Part shown: piece after piece, positions 1 through 7,369 of the stretch
Layout: each line of letters begins with the position of its first letter
Numbering within the stretch: the first letter of the stretch is position 1
Source of the DNA: Thermoplasmatota archaeon
GTDB taxonomy: Archaea > Thermoplasmatota > Penumbrarchaeia > Penumbrarchaeales > Penumbrarchaeaceae
Length of the DNA: 19,000 bases
Direction of reading: 5' to 3'
Assembly (NCBI GenBank): GCA_029762535.1
Contig: JARVGK010000028.1
Location: forward strand, 22,895-41,894
Translations under genes and position numbers: made by a program
The notes under the pieces: model-generated
Told to the model about the DNA's origin: nothing
The model's input: only the letters and a program-made list of their open reading frames with translations
The model's database searches: none

Positions 1-15
1 AGAACTCATTTTCCT

Positions 16-64
16 GGACATCCGGATCTGAATTGTCGTCAAATTATGGACGATCCAGATGTCC
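16..64. repeat. Inverted repeat / hairpin GGACATCCGGATC-N23-GATCCAGATGTCC
   Basis: 13-bp arms (16-28, 52-64) match at 12 of 13 positions. Confidence 0.65.
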
Positions 65-126
65 CCTCCTCTGCGCCATTTTTTTCTTGTATAGCTTATA
101 CTCATTGATCGCAAGGAAAGAACCCG

Positions 127-147
127 GAAAATCGCCAGGCGATTTTC
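127..147. repeat. Perfect palindrome GAAAATCGCC-A-GGCGATTTTC
   Basis: 10-bp arms (127-136, 138-147) are exact reverse complements around a 1-nt centre, in intergenic DNA. Function unknown. Confidence 0.8.
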
Positions 148-208
148 GAAGGATCCTTATCGTCAAGTAGAGTGAGTTCTCAGGATCGGCACATCTCAAC
201 TGTCTATA

Positions 209-221
209 GAAAGATATTTAT
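209..221 (+). promoter_or_regulatory. Putative BRE/TATA promoter of the hypothetical gene
   Basis: GAAAG-ATATTTAT upstream of the SD-like AGGTGAG (252-258) and ATG 263. Confidence 0.45.
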
Positions 222-262
222 GAAAAACCACTCTACATATGCCAACCCCTCAGGTGAGCCCC

Positions 263-1657
263 ATGGATGATCACGACGGCGAGAACTACAGAAAACTCAC
301 CGGTTTCCTCGACAGTATAGAGAGCACCGATCCCCGAAAGTTGTCCGAGCCGTACAGGACCCTCTGGTTCAGGATCATGAACGTGGATCCCTCAGGTAGG
401 GACCTGACGTCATCGATCCCCGATGTTGTGATCACTGAGCCGGAGGTATCTAGGGATCCCTCTCAGAAGAGGATAGAGGTCATATCCCCGAGCAGCGTCG
501 GCCCGACCGTGGAGATGAAGGTCCGTGAGGAGGAGAAAATAACCTTCCGGGCCGCGGACGAGAAGGACGTCTCGATGATAAAGAGCAAGGAGCAGGGGGC
601 CAAAGCCCTTATCGCCATCCAGGAGATGATAGCGCCGCTGAAGGGAATGCCGGGAGAGCCAGCGCAGGTCGCTGAAGAGTTCCGCGAGATCGCAAGGCTC
701 TACAGAGAGGGCGATTACGAGGGTATGAACGCTCTCGCCTCCTCGTTGAGAGAGAAGCTGATGGGCCGTGATTTCCGCCAGTCGGTTATGATAGACCTCC
801 AGCGCAGGATCGCCGAATACTCGGAGATCGGCGCGGACATGTCAGGTGCCAGGGATAGGTTCAGGGAGATGGCCCAGGCCTTCAAGGAGGAGAGGGCGGA
901 TTTCATAGGCCTCGCCGGGTCCTGTCACAGGTTAGCGGAGGACGCCGTGCGTGGAATACTGGGCGAGCTCGAGGAGGCCGAGGTCGTCGTCGGCGAGCTT
1001 GTCGAGCCGAAGCCCGAGGCCAGGAGGAAGCCGGTCAAGAAGCCCGAAGAGCCCGCCGCACCCGATCCGAAGCCAAATATCGGCGATACAGTTGAGAAGT
1101 CACCAGAACCCTCGGTAAAAGCCCCGGAGCCGGTCATCGCAGCTCCCCCTTCGGAGACAGGGTCCTCCGATGTTAAGCCGGTCATAAAGGTGGTGAAGAA
1201 GAAGCTCGTTGCCGTGAACGAGGGACCGACCTCCGAGGTACCTGTACCCGAAGAGGGTCCGAGGATGGAGAGCCCCCAAAAGGATCCCAACATGGCTCCC
1301 GAGCCGGAGCCTTCCAATGTCGAAGGACCCCAAGAGGATCCGGAGAACGTCCCGGAGCCTGCCGAAGCAGAGGAGCCTCCTTCGACCACGAGTCCGGAAC
1401 CTAAGCCTTCTGTAGTGGAGGGCGTCGATCCCTCCTCCGAGGCCTCGATGGAGGCCGAGCTAAACGAGGCCTACAGGAGGATATCCCTCGTCTATTCCGC
1501 GGCATCGAAGATGCACTCTGCCGGCAAGGACGTCAGCCAGCTCTTCGATCTCTACAACTTCGCTGAACAGGCAAGGCAGAAGGGGGACAACAAGGTTTAC
1601 ATCGGCGTATCGAAGCAGCTCGAGTCGATGCTCCTCTCCATGCAGACCAAGGGATGA
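263..1657 (+). CDS. Hypothetical protein with helical repeats and a long Pro/Glu-rich linker (ORF track start 239; 263 preferred)
   Basis: Long ORF with SD AGGTGAG 4 nt before ATG 263. Three similar amphipathic helical units (e.g. EIGADMSGARDRFREMAQAF, SAGKDVSQLFDLYNFAEQAR) and a roughly 150-aa PE/PK-rich low-complexity region. No recognisable catalytic motif. Confidence 0.8.
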   Translation: MDDHDGENYRKLTGFLDSIESTDPRKLSEPYRTLWFRIMNVDPSGRDLTSSIPDVVITEPEVSRDPSQKRIEVISPSSVGPTVEMKVREEEKITFRAADEKDVSMIKSKEQGAKALIAIQEMIAPLKGMPGEPAQVAEEFREIARLYREGDYEGMNALASSLREKLMGRDFRQSVMIDLQRRIAEYSEIGADMSGARDRFREMAQAFKEERADFIGLAGSCHRLAEDAVRGILGELEEAEVVVGELVEPKPEARRKPVKKPEEPAAPDPKPNIGDTVEKSPEPSVKAPEPVIAAPPSETGSSDVKPVIKVVKKKLVAVNEGPTSEVPVPEEGPRMESPQKDPNMAPEPEPSNVEGPQEDPENVPEPAEAEEPPSTTSPEPKPSVVEGVDPSSEASMEAELNEAYRRISLVYSAASKMHSAGKDVSQLFDLYNFAEQARQKGDNKVYIGVSKQLESMLLSMQTKG

Positions 1658-1679
1658 TCCCGGCGTCTTTTCACATGAA

Positions 1680-1708
1680 TGAGGAAACCTTATATATGCC
1701 GTTCCTCA
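1680..1708 (+). promoter_or_regulatory. BRE/TATA (GAAACC-TTATATAT) bracketed by inverted repeat TGAGGAA-N15-TTCCTCA
   Basis: Good archaeal TATA match at 1690-1697. Perfect 7-bp arms at 1680-1686 and 1702-1708. Confidence 0.6.
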
Positions 1709-1889
1709 ATCTTTCGGTGCTTAAATGATGTTCGGGGCACAGGTCCCGAGGGTCATATGCACGTTGGAGGCAGACGACAGTGTCCAGTAAGGCAACCTTA
1801 GGTAAACTATATCTATCGTTTATTTCATACCCAGGAACCCTGCTGAACACTACTCGGTAGTTAATGATGATGTGAAATGGAGGGATAAA

Positions 1890-4800
1890 ATGAGAAAGGG
1901 CGCCATAGCACTGTTCCTGATGGTAATGATGGTAGGTGTGGGATTCGTCACGCTGATCGACTCGGGAACGACCGCAGGTTTCGACGCTGATCGAACGTTG
2001 ATGGATGAAGATCTCTTCGTGAAAGGGGACCCTACACGGGGAGTCACACAGAGAATGGATAACTATCAGAGCATCAGGCACACCAGCTGGGACGATGCCG
2101 ATTGGACCAAACCCTGGAACCAGAGATGGCATAACTGGAGCAACTACCTCCCCCACTACGAGCAGCGCGAATTCTGGCTGAACTGTAAGAACGTCAGCGA
2201 TGAGCTGCAGTGGCTGGACGATATCAACTTCACGACGAACGGGGACGAGGTCGGTCTCGGAAAGGAGGACCTCAACGAGACCCGCAAGCGGGACAATCCG
2301 ATGAACTTCAGCTATCCCAGGATGGACAAGAAGCTCACGGCGAAGTACGACACGACCATGAACGACATAGGTGTTCTGAACTTCACGATCAATCCTATGG
2401 GCCAGATACCACAGTTCGGTTTCCAGAACCCGCTGATGGGAAGGGGGAAGGAGCTCAACGTTGAGGTATGGGTGGACACGGACGGCGATTTCAACTTCGA
2501 AACCGGAGAGGGTACGATCGAGGGCATCATGATCTTCGATTTCAATTGGTGGAACACACCCTATGATCCCACCGACCCGGCCGGCACCATCGAGCCCCAT
2601 GTGACCAACAACTCCGAGTTCTACAAGACGGGCAGGCAGATGGAGGAGTACGCAAACGGCATCGGTTACTGGACGGACCTCAACGACGACTCCCACCCTG
2701 ACATTCCGGGTGATATCGAAGGTGGAAGGATATGGGTAGTTCTATACAGGACGGACAACAACCCCGACGACATCGATGGGAACCATCCGATCACTGGAGA
2801 GTTCTGGCCCGCCTGGAGGACATGGGACCTCCTGATATACGCCGGATACAATGAGAAGACGAGCTGGATCACGCTTCCCTATATCCATCCAAGGCAGAGG
2901 CCCGTGGCAGTTACCGGTGATGATTTGGGTTTCCCTGCGAACCGCGAGAACTTCCTCAGGGAGAAGAGCGACCCCTACTGGGAGGATCCCGTCTTCGATG
3001 AGGAGAACCCCCAGATCAAGGAGGGTGAGATAATAACCCTCGAGGGCTGGAGGTCCTATGATCCCCAGGACGATGTCGGCCGGGACGGAATAGGATATGG
3101 CGCACCCAACTGGCCTGGTCCTGACGAGGGAGAGGGCAACGAGAACATCGACGACGGTTTCCCCGAAGGCGAGGTGGACCTCGGTGAGAAGGACACACTC
3201 AAGTACAGATGGTCAGCTTACACCGAATACGAGGACCAGTCATACAACATCCAGATAACCGGCGGGTGGATAGACACACCGGTTTACGATTGGAAGATCA
3301 GGCTTCCCGCCATGGACCCGGAGCTGCCGGCCTCGGACCAGTGGATGATATTGGAGGTCATCCTTACGGTCCTGGACCGCGACAGGCTTCAGGGACAGGA
3401 CACCTTCATGCTCCTCGCATTCAAGTCGCAGAACGCCCCGGTCGTAACACTCTCGGTCACGCCTCAGATACCCAACTATATCGAGCTTGCCAAGTTGGGA
3501 TATGACATGGGGGCATTCAAGGACCACGCGTGGATACTTCCCCAGCAGGAGATATTGTTCCAGGGTTTCGCATACGATCCCGATCCGAATTCGGACCTGA
3601 CCTACTACTGGGAGTTCATAGGTCCTTTCGGCACCAAGAGGCTACCCAAGGGACCTCCGACGATCATAGAGTACTTCGAGGAGGCCGCGGATTGGGTCAT
3701 AACCCTGACCGTACTCGACGGTGAGGAGGATAACATCAACACGCTCTCCGGCAACGCCACGTTATATCTTCATGTGGTGGAGAACGTACCCCCCGTTCCG
3801 ATCCCCAGGGCAAGGTTCGGTACGGTGATGGACTGGCAGTACGAGGAGATCCATACCGACAAGGGCAGGATAGTGACCTTCAATGGGTCCGAATCCTACG
3901 ACCCGGACATACAGATCGCCGAAGACAAATACATAGGGATGCCCGGCTTCGATGTCGATGGGGACAAGGTTTCGGACATAGGTCTGAAATACCAGTGGGA
4001 CTGGGGCGACGGCTCCAGGACAGAGGGATGGTCGAACAGCCCGCAGGCGGAACATGCCTGGAACGATCGTGGAGCCAGGCAGTTCGACAGGAACTTCTGG
4101 CCTGTCAGGCTCAAGGTGTGGGACGGAGGAGCCGAGCCGGCCGAATCCGAACCATTCAAGGTATATGTCAACATGCCACCCACCGCAAGAGCCGCCTTCA
4201 TAAAGCCCGAGGGCGTTGCGGACATCGAATCTGGCATGGAGATAACCTTCACCGGTGAGGGATCCTACGATCCAAACGATGATCCGAACTACGATGGGAA
4301 GAGGGACAAGGACCCTCTGTACAACGATCGGCTGATCTACACATGGGATTTCGGCGACGGCTCCAAGCAGGTCGTTGGAGGGGCCGTGGTCACACACGTT
4401 TACAAGAATCCCAACGTGGCCGGTTACAAGGTAAGGCTCATCGTATCCGACGGGTCCTTCCAGGACGAGGACCTGATCACCATCAAGGTCGTCCCGGCAA
4501 ATCAGCCGCCCGTCGGCGTCGTTAAGATAGAGGCAGAGAGCTGGATCTCCCAGGACCCAGCGAAGGTCTATACTCTCATACCCATAACCTTCGATGCATC
4601 CGGATCCTACGATCCCGACGGACCGAACTACCTCGACGACAAGCTCGAGACCCGTCCCATCGACGATCTGAAATCCCTATACTGGGACCTGGGCGATGGT
4701 AACGTGACCAGCACTCCGAAGGTCACCCACACCTTCACCAAGATAGGGATATACACCATCAGGATCAACATGACGGACTTCAAGGGGGCATCGTGGTATC

Positions 4801-5243
4801 AGAACTACACGTTCGAGGTCGTGAACAGACTTCCCGTCGCGATAGCCAAGGTTAGCCAGATCACTCTGCAGATAGACCAGCAGCCGGTCCTTCTGTCGGC
4901 GGAAGGTTCCTACGACGAGGACGGGACCATCATCGGATACTATTGGGACTTCGGTGACGGGACGTTCTCGGACAAGACCAAGGGCATAGACGGTTACGTC
5001 CCGGGCATAGTGGTCAGCCATCAGTACGAGAAGACGGGGCAGTACAAGGCCAAACTCTACGTCATGGACAACAATCAGGATGTAAGCCCGACCGCGGCCG
5101 AGGTCACGGTCGTTATAATCACCGACAACCCGGATCCCACTCCGATAGGCCTTGAGGTCATAATCGGAGGGTCCATAGCGGCGGTCCTGTTGATCGGGAT
5201 ACTCTCCGCTCTGGGAGTGGCTGGAATTAGGAAGAGGGTATGA
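1890..5243 (+). CDS. PKD-domain-containing cell-surface protein with signal peptide and C-terminal membrane anchor
   Basis: SD GGAGGG (1879-1884) before ATG 1890. N-terminal signal-like MRKGAIALFLMVMMVGVGFV. WD[WFL]GDG PKD motifs at 3996, 4344, 4683 and 4944, plus two degenerate Ig-like units. C-terminal hydrophobic helix followed by RKRV. Confidence 0.92.
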   Translation: MRKGAIALFLMVMMVGVGFVTLIDSGTTAGFDADRTLMDEDLFVKGDPTRGVTQRMDNYQSIRHTSWDDADWTKPWNQRWHNWSNYLPHYEQREFWLNCKNVSDELQWLDDINFTTNGDEVGLGKEDLNETRKRDNPMNFSYPRMDKKLTAKYDTTMNDIGVLNFTINPMGQIPQFGFQNPLMGRGKELNVEVWVDTDGDFNFETGEGTIEGIMIFDFNWWNTPYDPTDPAGTIEPHVTNNSEFYKTGRQMEEYANGIGYWTDLNDDSHPDIPGDIEGGRIWVVLYRTDNNPDDIDGNHPITGEFWPAWRTWDLLIYAGYNEKTSWITLPYIHPRQRPVAVTGDDLGFPANRENFLREKSDPYWEDPVFDEENPQIKEGEIITLEGWRSYDPQDDVGRDGIGYGAPNWPGPDEGEGNENIDDGFPEGEVDLGEKDTLKYRWSAYTEYEDQSYNIQITGGWIDTPVYDWKIRLPAMDPELPASDQWMILEVILTVLDRDRLQGQDTFMLLAFKSQNAPVVTLSVTPQIPNYIELAKLGYDMGAFKDHAWILPQQEILFQGFAYDPDPNSDLTYYWEFIGPFGTKRLPKGPPTIIEYFEEAADWVITLTVLDGEEDNINTLSGNATLYLHVVENVPPVPIPRARFGTVMDWQYEEIHTDKGRIVTFNGSESYDPDIQIAEDKYIGMPGFDVDGDKVSDIGLKYQWDWGDGSRTEGWSNSPQAEHAWNDRGARQFDRNFWPVRLKVWDGGAEPAESEPFKVYVNMPPTARAAFIKPEGVADIESGMEITFTGEGSYDPNDDPNYDGKRDKDPLYNDRLIYTWDFGDGSKQVVGGAVVTHVYKNPNVAGYKVRLIVSDGSFQDEDLITIKVVPANQPPVGVVKIEAESWISQDPAKVYTLIPITFDASGSYDPDGPNYLDDKLETRPIDDLKSLYWDLGDGNVTSTPKVTHTFTKIGIYTIRINMTDFKGASWYQNYTFEVVNRLPVAIAKVSQITLQIDQQPVLLSAEGSYDEDGTIIGYYWDFGDGTFSDKTKGIDGYVPGIVVSHQYEKTGQYKAKLYVMDNNQDVSPTAAEVTVVIITDNPDPTPIGLEVIIGGSIAAVLLIGILSALGVAGIRKRV

Positions 5244-5875
5244 TCCCTCGATCCATAGGGGCTGAGGCACTGAGCGGAAAGAAGGTGCTTCTGACGGGCT
5301 TCGGACCCTTCGATATATTTCCGATGAATCCCAGCGGAGCCCTTGCGGAGGCCCTGTCGAAGGAGTTCGGCAGCCGTTGGGAAATACTTCCGGTGGTGTT
5401 CGGCTCATCAAGGAGGCTCCTGATGGAGATACTTGACGGATACCGTCCGGACCTGGTCATCTCCTTCGGATTGAACGGGGGCATATCCCACATCGCACTG
5501 GAGAAGATCGCATTGAACGTTCGTTATTCCGAGATCCCTGAGAATGAGGGCAAGTTGTCGGACCCGTCCCCGATCGTTGAGGGAGGCCCTCTTGCCTATG
5601 GATCCGGATTGCCCCTCGATAGGATACTCCTTCGTATGCGGGCGTCCGGTATCCCATCCAGAATGTCCTTCTCCGCGGGCACGTACATATGCAACGAGGT
5701 GTTCTACACAGTAATGGAACATTGCTCGGAGAATGCGGTCAAGGGTGGGTTCATACATGTCCCTATGGCCAGCGATATGATAGCTGGGATCCCCCGCCTG
5801 ATGTCCGGGCCCCACATGGGTATGTCGACCATGATCGAGGCCGGAAGGATAGCGCTGTCTGAAAGCCTCAGATGA
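5240..5875 (+). CDS. pcp: Pyroglutamyl-peptidase I (peptidase C15)
   Basis: VLLTGFGPF..NPS, LEKIALN (catalytic Glu), SAGTYICN (Cys), GFIHVP (His). ATGA overlap with the upstream gene. Confidence 0.95.
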   Translation: MIPRSIGAEALSGKKVLLTGFGPFDIFPMNPSGALAEALSKEFGSRWEILPVVFGSSRRLLMEILDGYRPDLVISFGLNGGISHIALEKIALNVRYSEIPENEGKLSDPSPIVEGGPLAYGSGLPLDRILLRMRASGIPSRMSFSAGTYICNEVFYTVMEHCSENAVKGGFIHVPMASDMIAGIPRLMSGPHMGMSTMIEAGRIALSESLR

Positions 5876-6323
5876 TGTTCTTCTCGATATCGCTCTGTAA
5901 CCTTCCGCAGTAATGGCATTTGTAAGTCCTTGGGTCCTTCCTTGTCATGATCAGCCTGCTCGGCACAGGCTCGTTCTGATTCGTTATGCAGTTTATATTC
6001 TCGCATTTCACGATGCCCTCAAGGACCTCAGGGGGGGCGACGTTGAACTTCCTCACCACCTGAAAATCCCTGATGATGCTGATAGAGGCGTTCGGCGTCA
6101 GTATGGCAAGGCGGTTCACCTCATCGACCTTGAGCTCTTTCTCCTCTATCTTCACAAGGTCCTTGGACCCTGCCTTCTTGGAGTGTGCGTACATCGCGAG
6201 GGAGAGGGCCATCCTCTCCTCCCCGTCGATCCCCAGAAGGTCCAGGACCTTCAGCGCCTTTCCCGGTTTGATGTGGTCTATGACCGTTCCGTTCTTGATG
6301 GGAGCTATCCTTACTTCTTTCAT
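5868..6323 (-). CDS. pyrI: Aspartate carbamoyltransferase regulatory chain
   Basis: IKNGTVIDHI, KDLVKIE, Zn ligands C-x4-C (CENINC) and CHYC. ATGA overlap with pyrB. Confidence 0.97.
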   Translation of the reverse strand: MKEVRIAPIKNGTVIDHIKPGKALKVLDLLGIDGEERMALSLAMYAHSKKAGSKDLVKIEEKELKVDEVNRLAILTPNASISIIRDFQVVRKFNVAPPEVLEGIVKCENINCITNQNEPVPSRLIMTRKDPRTYKCHYCGRLQSDIEKNII

Positions 6324-7246
6324 ATATCTCCCTCCAGGATGAGCGATAGGAGGGCCATGCGCACCGGGACCCCGTTGAACGCCTGCTGGAAATATCGCGC
6401 GTGCTCCGTCGGATCGATGTCCGGATGGACCTCATCGACCCTGGGAAGCGGATGCATGACGATCATGCCCTTCTTCGCGTTCTCGAGCATATCGAGGTCC
6501 AGCCTGAACGCCCCGGCCACTTTGATGTATTCCTCGAAATCCGGGAACCTCTCCTTCTGTATTCGGGTCATGTAAAGGACATCGGTCTTTGGGATGCACC
6601 CCATTAGGTCCGATGATAGTTCGTGATCCGCTCCCATGCCAGAGATCTCGTCCAGAATGTGATCGGGCATCTGTATCGTAGGCGGGGCCACGAAGCTCAG
6701 CGATGCGCCCATCCTCGACAGGGCGACGGAGAGAGAATGGGTCGTCCTACCATATTTCAGGTCACCTGCTATCGTGACGTGTAATTTCGATATGTCGTTG
6801 AACTCCTCCTTGATAGTGAACAGGTCGAGCAGTGTCTGGGTGGGATGCTGCCCCGCTCCGTCGCCGCCGTTGATGACGGGTATGTTGGAGAAACCCGCGG
6901 CCAGGCGAGCTGCCCCCTCCCTCGGATGGCGGAGCACTATTATATCGGAGAAACACTCGGCCATCCTCACGGTGTCGGCGAGGGTCTCGCCTTTGATGAT
7001 AGAGGTGCCCTCCTGGCCGGTGACCGTAATCACGCTCCCTCCCAGACGCTGCATCGCGGTCTCGAAGCTCAGTCGGGTCCTGGTGGATGGCTCGAAGAAG
7101 AAGGATGCCAATATCCTGCCCTCGAGAAGCCTGCTCTTCTTCTCGGCCCTGGCGATCGGGACCATTTCCCTGGCCTTGTTGAGGATCCGCTCTATTTCGT
7201 CCTGTGAAAGATCGTTGATCGCCACGATGTCCTTTCCCTTGAGCAT
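6320..7246 (-). CDS. pyrB: Aspartate carbamoyltransferase catalytic chain
   Basis: FFEPSTRTRLSFE, HPTQTLLD, GDLKYGRT, MHPLPR motifs. Confidence 0.98.
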   Translation of the reverse strand: MLKGKDIVAINDLSQDEIERILNKAREMVPIARAEKKSRLLEGRILASFFFEPSTRTRLSFETAMQRLGGSVITVTGQEGTSIIKGETLADTVRMAECFSDIIVLRHPREGAARLAAGFSNIPVINGGDGAGQHPTQTLLDLFTIKEEFNDISKLHVTIAGDLKYGRTTHSLSVALSRMGASLSFVAPPTIQMPDHILDEISGMGADHELSSDLMGCIPKTDVLYMTRIQKERFPDFEEYIKVAGAFRLDLDMLENAKKGMIVMHPLPRVDEVHPDIDPTEHARYFQQAFNGVPVRMALLSLILEGDI

Positions 7247-7266
7247 GATACAGCCCCCCTCCCCCT

Positions 7267-7300
7267 ATGTCAGGATGATATAATAATCCTATCCGGACAT
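7267..7300 (-). promoter_or_regulatory. pyrBI TATA (TTATTATA on -) enclosed by inverted repeat ATGTCAGGAT-N14-ATCCGGACAT
   Basis: Arms 7267-7276 and 7291-7300 match at 9 of 10 positions. AT-rich TATA-like spacer about 35 nt upstream of the pyrB ATG. Confidence 0.55.
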
Positions 7301-7369
7301 CACGTTCGTTTTTGGAGCGGGCGAGGCATCACCTTTTATTATCCCTTGTTGATTATGCTCCCGATCACC

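Noticed and set aside
44-79. Minus-strand 11-codon ORF MAQRRGHLDRP overlapping the hairpin (leader peptide?)
   Set aside because: No regulatory codon run, the downstream gene is outside the window, and the start is probably upstream of the likely TSS.
167-236. 8-bp inverted repeat GTAGAGTG / CACTCTAC
   Set aside because: Long 54-nt spacer and short arms; compatible with chance.
1000-1440. Repetitive GAGCCG/CCGGAG-like DNA
   Set aside because: Explained by Pro/Glu codons of the low-complexity linker; not a CRISPR or tandem array.
1717-1762. Hairpin as a SECIS element or known riboswitch
   Set aside because: No adjacent in-frame TGA selenoprotein, and no match by eye to SECIS, fluoride, TPP or SRP consensus.
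1671-2696. 341-aa minus-strand ORF and many other antisense or alternate-frame ORFs (e.g. 10920-11828, 12592-13329, 13088-13912)
   Set aside because: Shadows of well-supported genes in GC-rich DNA, with no recognisable motifs.
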